A stretch of DNA of 64,000 nt from Azolla caroliniana (GCA_043228905.1 JBHGNT010000001.1:23994001-24058000), one strand, 5' to 3'. Positions 1 through 12,367 are shown, counted from the first letter of the stretch. Notes: a model not told the origin generated them from the sequence alone. Numbers and translations: made by a program.

Positions 1-292
1 TTTTAAACAATAGTACCAGCTGTCCAATATTGATTTATGGACATCTCGCAACTTGTCCTCTATGTCTGTCAACAACTTTGCTTAAAAGTATCTTCTGCTC
101 GTGTTTTTTGGCTACACTTTCATCTCTATCATAAAATTGCCAATCAAATACATGAACGGCATTGAGGTTCCGTCCCTCCCAGAGTCGTTTGAACTCTTTG
201 AAGGTCTTCTCAAAGTCGAATCCAAGACGATTATCAGGATCATGGTTATCCATCAAAAATTGATTCTCGATCTCTTTGAGGATGGTATTTAT

Positions 293-531
293 TGTTGTAA
301 TAAACTAATTAGTGTAAATAAGTAAATAAGAAAGTAAATACAAAACGTAACCTTATGATATGAAAAGGTGCACCCCAAAAATAGGGTGCACCTATAACCA
401 CCACATTCTCTCTTTGTGGTCGGTTGGTTGGTTGTAGAGAGAGAGACAAACACACATTATCATAAAAACATTCTTTCTCCCTCTCTTTCTCTCTCTCCCT
501 TTCTCCCTCTCTTTCTATTTCTCGTTTACCA
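293..531 (+). repeat. 5' LTR of the intact copia
   Basis: TGTTGTAATAAAC...CGTTTACCA, direct repeat of 5279-5517. Confidence 0.95.
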
Positions 532-533
532 TA

Positions 534-545
534 TGGTATCAGAGC
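534..545 (+). promoter_or_regulatory. Primer-binding site (tRNA-iMet)
   Basis: TGGTATCAGAGC two nucleotides after the 5' LTR. Confidence 0.93.
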
Positions 546-625
546 GGTGAAGGAGTCCAACCCCACCAAGATTTGTGTCGCGGTGTTAATAACGAACGTG
601 CGAATTAAAGAAACGACTTTCGACC

Positions 626-3600
626 ATGTCAAATGGTGGAGTGATAGCAAATGTGGCGGCAAATGCCGCCCAGGTATCGTCTCGCACTTATCATATTGAA
701 AAATTGAATGATAAAAATTATCAACCATGGCGTATGACCATGGAAATTATATTAGAACAACATGACTTGTTAAAAATCGTCGATGGAACCGACGTGTGCC
801 CCGACCCCACAAATGCACTTGGTGTGCAAACATGGAAGCGGCGTGATTTAAACGCTCGCTTAGAACTTCTCCTTCATATGGAGGACACACTTAAGCAAAG
901 TGTGAGAACCTTGACTACCTCCAAACAAATATGGGATAGATTAGAGGCTGATTACCTCCATACGGACGTTACGTCCCAAGTTGCAAATTTAAAAACATTA
1001 ATAAATATGAATATGAATGAAAATGATGATGTTGATACATTCGTTAAAAATTGGAGACTTCGACTTGATGATGTAATCCTTTCAGGACTTAGTTTGCCAA
1101 GTTCCGTTCAATCTGCCCTCTTGTTAGCCGCCCTACCCCCATCATGGCAACCATTTATAAGTACAAAATCCACATCCGCCAACATTAGTGTCCCAACATT
1201 AGTTGCATCAATCTCACAAGAAAACATACTTCGTAGGGCAATAAATCAACCCTCCTCATCTCACACCGCACTTTATATCAAACATCCAAATTACAATAAA
1301 AAACCTTACAATAAACCTAAATCAACATACCAACCTAATAACTCCAAATTTTATTCACGAACCTCTAAATTTAACGATTCAAGGAATCATAACAAATCTA
1401 GGTTCCTTAGATCCTTTTGTAAAAATTGTCAAAGGAGCGGACATGAAACGAAAGATTGTTATAGGAATTCTAACAACGGGAAAAGAACATATAAAGAAGA
1501 CCAATCTTATAATGCATCTCATGATGACTACGATCCAAATAATCACATATGTGATAATGACCAAAATTCCGATGAAGATAATGAAGATTCTTTCATTGCC
1601 TTCATGGCCCTCACTTCATTTAACAATTCTCCCACTTCAACGTGGATTCTTGATACAGGTGCCACATGTCATCTCACCTCAAGAGTTGAATGGCTCAAAG
1701 ACTATAAGGCCTTAGAACATCCTTTCCCGGTTAGATTTGGGAACAATGGGGTTGAATATGCCCTTGGACATGGGACTGCTCATCTTGAACTTTCTGATGG
1801 GAACTTCATTGAAATCAATGAAGTTTACTATATACCTAACATAGCCAAAAACTTGATATCTGTCAATAAACTCACGAATGATAATACATCCGTCGAGTTT
1901 TATCACAAATATTGTATCATTCGTCATAAGACACCCTCTGGACGAGGCTATGTCGTCAATTGTCCAAGACAAGGATGTCTTTACCTTCTAGGCCGCTCTG
2001 TGGTACCTGCTGAAGAAGCACACCACATAGATGATTCAAACACATCAAACTATATGACCTTATTATGGCACTATCGATTAGGTCACTTAAACCATCAAAC
2101 AATGGTTCACATGGCCCGACAACATATAGCAATTGGCTTTACTCTTCCTCGTAAATCGAAATTATCCCTTTGCGAAGGGTGTATATTTGGAAAACTTTCT
2201 AACTCGCCATTTCCATCCCATCCTACAACGACCACCAAACCCCTCCAACTAGTACATACGGATATATGTGGTCCTTTGTCTACCCCATCCCTATCTGGAA
2301 ATGTATATTTCCTAACATTTATCGATGACTTTACTCGGTTCACGATGGTCACGTTTCTCAAGACAAAATGTAGTGATCAAGTCCTTGAGAAATTTAAAGC
2401 CTACCACAAACTTGTAACAAATCAACAAGATTTACCCCTTAAAGTACTACAATCAGACAATGGTGGAGAATTCAAGTCCCAAAACTTCCAAACTTATTGC
2501 CAAAACCATGGGATTCAACAACGGTTTACCATCCCATATACACCCCAACACAATTCAAGGGCTGAACAGCGAAACCGGTTGTATATGGACGCCACTCGTA
2601 GCATGCTCGCCATTGCAAACCTTCCCCGAACATATTGGGAAGAGGCCGTTTCAACCGCTTGTTATATATTCAATAGAACATATAGTCGATCAATTAGGAC
2701 AACTCCATTTTCCTTGTGGTTTGGAAAAAATCCAAATTATGAAAATCTAAGAATCTTTGGATGTCCATCATATGCACTCGTACCCTTAGAAACTCGATCA
2801 AAATTAGATAATCACGCAGTTCGCACAATATTTGTTGGGTATGGCGAACCTCATGGCTATAAGGGTTATCGATTATATGACCCAAAATCCAAAAGATTTA
2901 TATTTAGTCGACGAGTGATATTTGATGAAGATAAGCTAATATCTAATCCTCACCCACATCATGGCCATGAAAAGATACAAGATGAGACTACCATGTCTAA
3001 CATTGAATCTAATAAAGAAATAATATCATCACCTACTAATTCTTGGCAGGCTCCACAAATGTCCTCGGAAATTCAACAAGTCACACTTGACCATATGCCA
3101 ATTAACCCTCCTCCACTAATGCATTCATCTCTAGAGGTTCGCCCAGAAGTCCCAGTTTCAACCAATGACTCCAACTTATTGCCCCTAATAACCAAACAAT
3201 CACAACAAACTGATGTACATACTCCAAGTTTAAACACTAACTCTACGCAAACTAAACAAAGGCTTAATAAACAATTTAGCACTCATAAGGAAAAGCCTTT
3301 AGATAGAACACAATTAACTCACATTGATTATTCAGGTTCCCATCCTATTCAAAATCTCTTGATCCCACTACGAAGATCCTCACGCCTTAATGGTAAAGGG
3401 AAAACCAATGGTCACAATGATGCAAAAGTAATTAAAATAGGATGTAGAAATACCTCATATCCCACTAATAGTCAACATGTAGAAGATAAAAATTGTTGTG
3501 ACAATGCGAAATCACCTAGTTCACTTAGCCCTACATCGACTCCAAAGAAAGTTCGTACTATTCAAGATCTTTATGATCACACACAAAAAATTGATGCCCT

Positions 3601-5266
3601 TGTTGCGGACCATCGATTTGAACCTGAGTTTGCTTTTTCGGCTCTTGGTTCCCCGACAACCACATCAGACGTCTCTGATGATCCCTTAACTATCAATGAG
3701 GCATTGCAAAGTCCAGATCGTGTAGAATGGCAAGCCGCCATGGCAAAAGAACTTGAATCTCTTGAGGCCAATAAAACATGGACTCTAGTACCACTCCCAA
3801 TGGGACGCTCACCTATTTCATGCAAATGGGTGTTGAAGAAAAAACTAAACCCTGATGGTACTGTTGCACGTTACAAAGCTCGACTTGTAGCTCGTGGTTT
3901 TTCTCAAGTTGAAGGACTTGACTATTCTGAGACTTTTTCACCCGTCCTCCGTATGGCATCTTTTCGGCTCCTAATGGCTCTAGCCACCATTCTTGATCTC
4001 GAAGTACATCATTTGGATGTACAAACGGCATTTCTACATGGTGATTTACCTGAGGAAATCTACATGTCCCAACCTCCTGGGTTTGAGTCACAATCTCAAC
4101 CAAACTATGTGTGTCGATTACATCGATCACTTTATGGACTCAAACAATCTCCTAGGTTATGGTTTCAAAAATTTAACAATTTTATGCTCTCACATGGCTA
4201 TTCTAGATTGTTATCAGAACCAAATATATACATTAGACATAATCATTCATCTAATCGGTTGTTAGTGGTAGCATTATATGTTGATGACATTCCTATAGTC
4301 GGAACACCATCTGAAATTACTCAAGCAAAGCTAGAGCTTTCCAAAGCATTTTCAATAACAGATTTAGGTCCCCTATCTTATTTCCTAGGCATGCAAGTTA
4401 CGCGTAATCGTAGTATGGGCACCTTGATCATTCATCAAAATAAATTCATTAATGAAATTTTGAAATCCTTCGGAATGCTAAACATTAAACCTTGCACTAC
4501 TCCCTTATCATTAACATGTAACTTAAGCATATCTGATAGTCCAACCACAAAAAGAGATATTAATTTTATGCAACAATTTCCTTTTAAACAATTAATAGGA
4601 AAACTTCGATATTTAGTCACAGGGACTCGTCCTGACCTTTGTTTTGCAATTAACTATCTTTCACGCTTTATGCATAACCCTGGTCTTATGCATTGGAAAT
4701 CACTTCAACGAGTTATGCGATATTTAAAACACACATCTAACTATGGATTAACATATAAACGATCCCAATCCGAAAGACCAATCAAATCACTTGTTGGTTG
4801 GTCTGATTCGGATTGGGGGGGGGACATTGATTCTCGTAGATCTACTGCTGGTTTTTCTTTTATAATGGCAGGAGCAGCAGTGACGTGGCAATCGAAAAAA
4901 CAAGAATCTGTGACACTCTCATCTGCTGAAGCTGAGTTCGTAGCAGTGGCATTGGCTGCTAAAGAAGGATTATGGTTGCAAACAGTGATAAAAGAACTCC
5001 AACTATGTGGACCACTCCAATTGAAAATCTTCTGCGACAATATATCATGCATCTACTTAACGAAGAATCCAAAGCACTCAGAGAAAACAAAACATGTGGA
5101 TTTAAAATATCACTTTATACGAGAGTTAGCCGAAGAAAACAAGCTTACATTAGAGTTTACATCAACAAATCATATGTGGGCTGATTTTCTAACAAAGGCT
5201 CTCCCTCCGGACAAATTTGAAACTTGTTGTGAAAATTTAGGATTACAACGGTTCACAACTAATTAG
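626..5266 (+). CDS. Copia Gag-PR-IN-RT-RNaseH polyprotein (1546 aa)
   Basis: CCHC knuckle CKNCQRSGHETKDC; protease WILDTGATCH; integrase HYRLGH..CEGC, DDFTRF, SDNGGEF; RT LYVDD; RNase H DSDWGG..SAEAE..KHVDLKYH. Domain order is copia-type. Confidence 0.97.
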   Translation: MSNGGVIANVAANAAQVSSRTYHIEKLNDKNYQPWRMTMEIILEQHDLLKIVDGTDVCPDPTNALGVQTWKRRDLNARLELLLHMEDTLKQSVRTLTTSKQIWDRLEADYLHTDVTSQVANLKTLINMNMNENDDVDTFVKNWRLRLDDVILSGLSLPSSVQSALLLAALPPSWQPFISTKSTSANISVPTLVASISQENILRRAINQPSSSHTALYIKHPNYNKKPYNKPKSTYQPNNSKFYSRTSKFNDSRNHNKSRFLRSFCKNCQRSGHETKDCYRNSNNGKRTYKEDQSYNASHDDYDPNNHICDNDQNSDEDNEDSFIAFMALTSFNNSPTSTWILDTGATCHLTSRVEWLKDYKALEHPFPVRFGNNGVEYALGHGTAHLELSDGNFIEINEVYYIPNIAKNLISVNKLTNDNTSVEFYHKYCIIRHKTPSGRGYVVNCPRQGCLYLLGRSVVPAEEAHHIDDSNTSNYMTLLWHYRLGHLNHQTMVHMARQHIAIGFTLPRKSKLSLCEGCIFGKLSNSPFPSHPTTTTKPLQLVHTDICGPLSTPSLSGNVYFLTFIDDFTRFTMVTFLKTKCSDQVLEKFKAYHKLVTNQQDLPLKVLQSDNGGEFKSQNFQTYCQNHGIQQRFTIPYTPQHNSRAEQRNRLYMDATRSMLAIANLPRTYWEEAVSTACYIFNRTYSRSIRTTPFSLWFGKNPNYENLRIFGCPSYALVPLETRSKLDNHAVRTIFVGYGEPHGYKGYRLYDPKSKRFIFSRRVIFDEDKLISNPHPHHGHEKIQDETTMSNIESNKEIISSPTNSWQAPQMSSEIQQVTLDHMPINPPPLMHSSLEVRPEVPVSTNDSNLLPLITKQSQQTDVHTPSLNTNSTQTKQRLNKQFSTHKEKPLDRTQLTHIDYSGSHPIQNLLIPLRRSSRLNGKGKTNGHNDAKVIKIGCRNTSYPTNSQHVEDKNCCDNAKSPSSLSPTSTPKKVRTIQDLYDHTQKIDALVADHRFEPEFAFSALGSPTTTSDVSDDPLTINEALQSPDRVEWQAAMAKELESLEANKTWTLVPLPMGRSPISCKWVLKKKLNPDGTVARYKARLVARGFSQVEGLDYSETFSPVLRMASFRLLMALATILDLEVHHLDVQTAFLHGDLPEEIYMSQPPGFESQSQPNYVCRLHRSLYGLKQSPRLWFQKFNNFMLSHGYSRLLSEPNIYIRHNHSSNRLLVVALYVDDIPIVGTPSEITQAKLELSKAFSITDLGPLSYFLGMQVTRNRSMGTLIIHQNKFINEILKSFGMLNIKPCTTPLSLTCNLSISDSPTTKRDINFMQQFPFKQLIGKLRYLVTGTRPDLCFAINYLSRFMHNPGLMHWKSLQRVMRYLKHTSNYGLTYKRSQSERPIKSLVGWSDSDWGGDIDSRRSTAGFSFIMAGAAVTWQSKKQESVTLSSAEAEFVAVALAAKEGLWLQTVIKELQLCGPLQLKIFCDNISCIYLTKNPKHSEKTKHVDLKYHFIRELAEENKLTLEFTSTNHMWADFLTKALPPDKFETCCENLGLQRFTTN

Positions 5267-5278
5267 TTTATGGGGGGG

Positions 5279-5517
5279 TGTTGTAATAAACTAATTAGTG
5301 TAAATAAGTAAATAAGAAAGTAAATACAAAACGTAACCTTATGATATGAAAAGGTGCACCCCAAAAATAGGGTGCACCTATAACCACCACATTCTCTCTC
5401 TGTGGTCGGTTGGTTGGTTGTAGAGAGAGAGACAAACACACATTATCATAAAAACATTCTTTCTCCCTCTCTTTCTCTCTCTCCCTTTCTCCCTCTCTTT
5501 CTATTTCTCGTTTACCA
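5279..5517 (+). repeat. 3' LTR of the intact copia (PPT at 5272-5278)
   Basis: Preceded by GGGGGGG; near-identical to 293-531. Confidence 0.95.
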
Positions 5518-6816
5518 TATGGTTATCCATCAAAAATTGATTATCAGGATCATGGTTATTATCAGGATCATGGTTATCCATCAAAAATTGATTCTCGATC
5601 TCTTTGAGGATGGTATTTATAACCACCATTCCTAATCCTTGAATCTTGATCAATCTATTCAAAAGCATCCCAAAGTGTTTTGGGTCGTCTCTCAAGACAT
5701 CCCCAAGCTGCTTCTTCTGGTTCTTTGTGAGATGTTGGCTCTTCTTAATCACGTCCATGGCAACGGATAGAATCTTTTCTTCCATATACTTGATCAAAAA
5801 TGTTGTTCAAATGAGGACGGTGGTGGAGTTGGATTCATAAAACTCCTTCAGGCTAATCCGATGCGCCAACTCCTCCAATTTGGCATCACTCTCCATAATT
5901 CAAAGCTTCTTTAACACATTTCGATTTTCTATCTACACCAATGTAGCTCTCAACTCCCTCTTTTCAGCTTTGAGCCCCTTGTACTCCGACATTTAAGCTC
6001 CTTGAGCTCATTGTTTTCGGCCTTGATTTGCTTGAGCCCACTCAAAATTGTTGCGAGGGAAGGGTTCTCATCCTTCAACTTCAATCTTTTTTCTGATTGG
6101 GCTACTTGAGAAGGAGCTAGGAGAAATGTTGTCCTCTCATACTTTGGAGAATCAAATACCTTCTCAACCTTCAATGGGGAATTCGCCACAATGTACATGT
6201 CGGCTTGGGCAGGACCACAAGGGTATTGGACTAGGCAGTAAAAGTGGGAATGGGAGCTTATTGCTTACGGGCTTCCGAGCACGAAAGTGTGGGAACAACA
6301 TGCGAAAGATTAACACGACAAAGAATTAGACGAGCCAAGGTTGGGAACCCAAAGTATCCCTCTCTTTTCAAAGAGGAATATTTGCCTTGAATCTTGATTT
6401 TAGGAGGGGGGGGGGATTGATGGGGCCCATTTAATCCCTCTTCTCACTTTCACACACACACACACCATACCCACTACTTATTACTCCCCCACTTTGATCA
6501 GACTCCCCTTTCACTACGTGTGCATGTGCACCTAAGTGCACTTACATTGGTACACTTTTCTCTTAACTTTATTGCTTTCATTTCTATTTCCATCTTCCCG
6601 ATGTGCATGTGCAAACTTTGCACATTCCCGATTTGTCCGCTCTACACGATTTTCACGTTGTTGCCGAAAATCGATCTACAAGAAGGAGCCTGCCTACCTG
6701 CGATTGATAAGCGATGGTGTCGGTGCAGCAGAAAACGCTTTCCGCTCGCCTAGAATATCCAGAAAATCAATCACAGGTAGGCTCTGATAAAAATAGAAGT
6801 AAACGAAACTACAATA

Positions 6817-7460
6817 GGTCACCGTCAAGACAAGACAAGACATGATTGGGCAAGCGCAGAAGAGCGAGGAGAAAGATGCGGTTGTCAAGTGCGGAAAAGA
6901 GAATCTCATTAACTAGTGTTGTTCACCTTGAATTCATTCAAAGTGAACTCAACTATTGATACTAAGCGGCATGCATACATGTTGCACACATGTGATACAA
7001 TAGAGCATGTATGTATGCATGCATGTGTCAAGTGTAAATAATACAAGGGAGCAATTATGCACATGATGCTAATTTAAAACTACAAGAACCAATTATATAC
7101 ATGATATGCTGGATAAGTTGGTTAACACATAACATTGGATTATAACACGGTCATGTCAAGAGTTCGAATCTTGACATGATCGTGACATTATGCTCTCTAT
7201 TTAGCATCGACTTCCAGGTAGGCAGCGCAAGCTTGTGTGGAAAGCACGAAGTACCTCGCGCAAGCTTGTGTGGAAAGCACGAAGTACCTCGGCTGCATTC
7301 TTTAGATAGTTTTGAGGTTCCCAAGTAGCTTTAGATATTGGGTATCCCTTCCAGCGTACCAGATAATAGAGTATTCGATGTAGAAGCTTGGACTCAAGGA
7401 TTTCTTCAACTTCATACTAATCGCCAGACACCAACTCAATGGGCGGTGGTAATAGGCCTT
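6817..7460 (-). mobile_element. Chromovirus (Tcn1-like Ty3/gypsy) 3' remnant: chromodomain, PPT and LTR
   Basis: Minus strand reads PPPIELVSGD*YEVEEILESKLLHRILYYLVRWKGYPISKATWEPQNYLKNA. The LTR starts TGTCACGATCATGTCAAGATTCGAACTCTTGAC at 7187 and resembles the LTR at 56931. A 33-bp tandem duplication lies at 7225-7290. The left boundary is approximate. Confidence 0.8.
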
Positions 7461-9486
7461 ATGCAAAGATTAACACATAGAAATATACTCCAAGAATGAG
7501 TTATATGAAACTCAAGGCAAACTATTATAACCATACTCTCATTGAGCAATGCATTAGCAAAGAATTTTGGATATTTCAATACAAAAAATTGCAAATTAAA
7601 ACAAAGATTAAGGGCTCATCCCCTCAATTTGACATAATATTAATTGTCAAAGAACAATACATTTGTCCACCTACTAACGCAGTTTCTTGTTTCATCACCT
7701 TGTGGTTATACATATAATCCAAAACCCCAACTTTGATTTTAATTGTGGGATCTTAGCTTCTGAAATATCTTATGTAATCCTAGTCAATATTTAGATATTT
7801 GACCTAGCATACTTGTAGATTGACTCTATCAATGTTCCCATAAATACTTGCCACTAAGCAATCACCTTCTTGACAATCTTTTATGCATTGTGCCATTGCC
7901 CATTTTCTGCATGATGTGATTACCCACATGCCAAGAGTCTTATTTTGTGCCTTCATAAGGTTTTAATCTCAACTTTTAAATGATGGCCCTTTGTTGGAGA
8001 ATACCCCTTGCCTTGAAAGTATGTATATTCGTGCGTACCTTTAGCAATATGTACTATTGAATTTCAATGTGTTTCCTTTTTGTTCTTAAAAAAAAAAAAC
8101 CACATTCTCATTTTTTTTGCCATATGTACAACAGATAGAAACACGGAGAAAAAAGAGAGCAGAGAACAGGTTCAAACAAGGAGAAAAAAGAGATAGAAAA
8201 CAGGGAGAATTCATAAACAAAGAAAGAGAAACAGACAAGATACGAACTTCAGAGTGGTGGATCAAGGAGCAAGGAAGGATTCAGAAGGAGCATAAAAGAA
8301 AGGGGAGCAAACAGGGAGAAAAAAAATAAAAAAATTGTATGTTTTTTCTTCTAATCCATAAGTATATACTATATAGACTATGTATGTATGTATGTATATA
8401 AATAAATAGCCTCTTCATAAAATATGAACCCTCATGGTGCCCGCCCGGCAAAACTCCCTAAATTCAACCACGACTACATACGTTCACATTGTTCCTAGGA
8501 CTTTGCCCCAACACACGAATTGTTTATGAACTTTGTGTGTCAATGTCCAAATATTGATGTATAAAGGACTTATACACTTTGGGCATCAATCATATGGTTT
8601 GGTTTGAACATACATATTCATAGGAACTTGTTTGATGTAAGAGCCCACATGACAACTTTGCATGATATGCATTAAACTCATAACTTGCAACAATTCACAA
8701 GTAGTTTGGATTCTTCTCAATTTCCAACGATGAACCAAACCTTAGAAACTTCTAAGAAGCTTTTTACCACCCCTCTTTGGGATGAATGAGCATCACTAAT
8801 TTCAACTCAACTCATATGTTTCCATTATTTCATAACATATGGTGTTCCGGACAATATAACATCATTCAGTTAACAAGGCAATCATTAAAAAATTTCACAT
8901 TACAAAAATTCCAATGTTGAAACAGCACGCATCAACTTCAATAAAGAATTAAAAGTCGAGGTGTAATCGAAATTGTGATGTGTACATACTGCGTGAAGTA
9001 GCAAAAAGAACGTGTACGTGAGAGGTATGTCATATCGAAGCATGTGTGTCTTGCATCCCTGGAATACCAATTCATGTACATAAATGAGATGTACACAAAA
9101 TTATAATAATCCCGTATAGATTAAAGCAAATGGCCCATTCCAATTATCATTCCTTCATTTATAAATTTGTTAAAACCAACAAGAATTGTTTGACCTTGCA
9201 ATGCTTGGGAGGATAAGATCAAATTACTTGTGAACAAAGTATTTACATTCTCTCACTAGAGCTGCTTCTAATTATACTTTATCATCGAGAACATACACAA
9301 AGATTCGCAGCATTGTTCATTCTGAGAGATGAAATTGACGCTAGTTACACTCCCATCACATGATGCAATTACGACACCTTTAATAATTTAAGACTCTTAC
9401 TATTATACAAACCTAAGAAGTGCAAAATGCGAAGTAACTTGTTTGATTTAGTCATGACACTAGTATAAAGAGTAAGTTTCAATAGC

Positions 9487-12168
9487 CTAGGACGCTGCCG
9501 GAGAGTTGATTTCCAAAGCTTCAATGTCGCTGTCAGAGATGATGAAATCCGGCTGGTTATTCACACTCTTCAACCAACTCCACACGTGGTTCTTCACATC
9601 CACCAAATGCTGGGATTTGGCGACTAGCGAGAGCGGGATGTAACAAAATTTAGCATTAATCCGGCCCGCAACAAACCCTGTGAAACCGCCCATGGCACCA
9701 TGCAAAGCCGAGTGTGCCAATAAAGTGCAATACTCCGTATCCGCAGCATTACTAGGTACAGCTCGGATCATATATGTTGGGTCGATATATTTGATTGCAA
9801 ATAACTCCTTAGGGTGTGTGCTTTTCCACCAATCCTTGAGCTTTCTTCCAAGCCATAATCCAATGTCTTGAAGAGCAGGGTTCCCGGATAAATCCTTCTC
9901 ATGATTTGTGTTATCCGCCCTTTCCATCAGGTCTTGTCCAGCTCCTTCGGCCACAACAATCACACAATGGCCATTCTCTTTCAGCCTCTCTTCGACAAAC
10001 TCAAAGAGGCCACCTGAGCCTTCCAGAAAGAAAGGAACCTCGGGGATGAGGCAACAATCCACATCACGGCTCCCCAGAGATGCATGCATAGCTATGTGGC
10101 CCGCATTTCTACCCATCAGTTTGATTAGACCAATGCCATTAGGCGTACTTTCAGCTTCCACATGACCCGCATTTATAGCTTCCTGTGCCTTCTCAACAGC
10201 CGTTTGGAAACCAAAAGAGCTTAACAAAATGGAATATCATGGAAAGTGTGATTAGTACACAACAGTGTTATTCGCTTTGGTGCAATAGCTAGAGGCTTGA
10301 ACTAAAGATTTGGGCCCTTAATAAAACACAAAACAACAAGATATTACAAAACAAAACTAAAGATTTGCAAGAAGTGGGGACTATCATAAAGTCTAAAAAG
10401 CACCAAAAACAGGTATTACCTTCTTGATCAATGGTTTCATTTGCATTTACCTTTATCCTTAAAGAATGTAACTACCTTAAACCCTTAAAGCCAATAAAAC
10501 AATCAATATTACCTTCTAGATCCACTGGAATGCAACAAGTGACAAGCTACCTTAAAACCTAATAAGCTGTCCAAAAACCTCAAAGCTTAAAATTTAAATC
10601 GTATGCAAAAATAAAGACGCAGTAAATCTTACAGTCTTAATATCTCGAAAAAAGCAGGTTTTATCTTAAAAAAAGTAACTATCTCTCAAAGGAACACAAG
10701 TAATGCATTCTAAATAAAACTGCAAAGCAAGGAGAAACAGCTATGTTAAGGCCTTAAAAAAGGTCTAAAAAGCCCTCAAATCCCATGCTATGAAGGAGAG
10801 ATAACAAATGTGAATGCCTTAAATCTAAAGAAAAAAAACTGGTATTCCCTTGTAAACTCACTGCTATGCAAGAAGATACAATCATTTGAGACTCTAATAT
10901 GGGTCTCAAATAACATACAACTAACCTTAAAAACATGCAGCTATCCAAAGCCCTAATAAAAAATCCTAGAAGAAGTTACATTAAGTACAGTTCAAACTCT
11001 TAAGAAACCAATGATGTACCTACCTATCAATGATCCCAACATCGTTGTCAACTGTCTTTGGGATCCCGACAACAGATGCTTTTAGCCCACGTCTCTTAAC
11101 CTCTTCGTAAATAGCCACGGCACCCCTCATGGTTCCATCTCCACCAATTATATAAATCTGATTAAACCCTCGATGTTCTATAGAATCCACAATCTTCTCA
11201 AGATCAAATCCACCCCTTGAGGTTCCGAGCCGACTACCACCAATCCGATGCCACCCATCGACAATACGAGGATCCAAAGGCATGGTGTCACGTGAATAGA
11301 ATCCCCTATAACCACCACAGATGCCGTGGATTCGTTTCACACCATACTGGTACCAGAGGGCATCTACAAGCTCACGGACGACTGTGTTGAGACCAGGGCA
11401 AAGGCCACCGCAAGTCACGATCGCGGCACTGACATCATCGGGCACAAAGATGACATCATATCGCGGTCCCGCCCTTGGGAAGTATGTTTGAGTGTGGGAG
11501 GATGGGTCCATGAGGTCGATGGCGACGTTTTGGGCAACCATGTCTGAACATGAAAGCCAAAATCCCGCAGTTGGATGGAAATAGGGGCTATGTAAGAGTG
11601 GGTTCACATGGGTGGGGAGAGGGTTTATGTAATCTTCTAGATGTGGTGGGCAGAGGATTCTTTGGTTGTAAGGGATCGGCACTCCTTCCATATTCGCATT
11701 TGGCAAGGTTACTAATGTACGAATTCGAGAGGTTACCTGCATAGTGATAGAACAAGAACAAGAAAGATGTAAAGTAAAGAACGAAGAAATTAATTACGAT
11801 GGTGATGGTAATTGTGATGATTATGGTGATCATGTGGATGATAATGATGTTGGTGGCGAGAAACTTACCTGTTCCATTGATGAATTAGGGTTCCAAAAAA
11901 CAATGACGTTAAGAATTTTACCTGTTTCTCTGATGGACTAACGTCCCAAAAAAGATGAAAATTATAATGATGGCGAATACGAGTAGAGGTTTACCTGTTT
12001 CTTCTTCGATGAACTAAGATTCCAAAGCTCGAAACTCCTATGGAACGGAGAAATGGGCAATAAACAAAGATGGGTCTTCACAATCGACCTCGATGATGAT
12101 GATGAAGATGAAGAATAAGAAAAAGATGGGATGTTTAGGTTCCCTGCTAGGAAGGAAGCAGCTTCCAT
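9487..12168 (-). CDS. PFK: ATP-dependent 6-phosphofructokinase (PFK2-like); exons 12168-11995, 11736-11024, 10219-9487
   Basis: Motifs VTCGGLCPGLN, IGGDGT, PKTVDND, KLMGR, YIDPTYMIRA; GT-AG introns in compatible phase; Ser-rich N-terminus. Confidence 0.93.
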
Positions 12169-12206
12169 TGCTACCTTCAGAGAAAGGAACAAAAACCTAT
12201 TCTTAC

Positions 12207-12238
<32 letters not shown>

Positions 12239-12367
12239 GTCAGTCTGTGTTTCTATATAGGGATCTCTATCTCTCTATCTCTGTTTTGACACCTTCCCTT
12301 GGAAGTCCTACATACTGCTGCTGCTGCTACATACATCTGGTAGAAGCATCTGTGGTGAAGACATTGC

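Larger units (their letters stand above)
293..5517 (+). mobile_element. Intact, young Ty1/copia LTR retrotransposon
   Basis: TG..CA LTRs at 293-531 and 5279-5517 (239 bp each, one mismatch seen), PBS TGGTATCAGAGC, G-rich PPT and a single uninterrupted gag-pol ORF. Confidence 0.97.
35..6198 (-). pseudogene. Degenerate ORF of unknown function (coiled-coil-like N-terminal part), split by the copia insertion
   Basis: ORF pieces 5950-6198, 5501-5797 and 35-256 join across the insertion (...ILKEIENQFLMDNHDPDN|RLGFDFEKTFKEF...), with in-frame stops and a frameshift. Probably part of an older TE. Confidence 0.5.

Noticed and set aside
6778-6792. GGCTCTGATAAAA as a reverse copia PBS
   Set aside because: It lacks the CCA match and no associated LTR or gag could be identified
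11868-11995. Three successive AACAG|GTAA donor-like sites in PFK intron 1
   Set aside because: The first gives an in-frame product; the others imply a stop or micro-exons that are not multiples of three, and there are no transcript data
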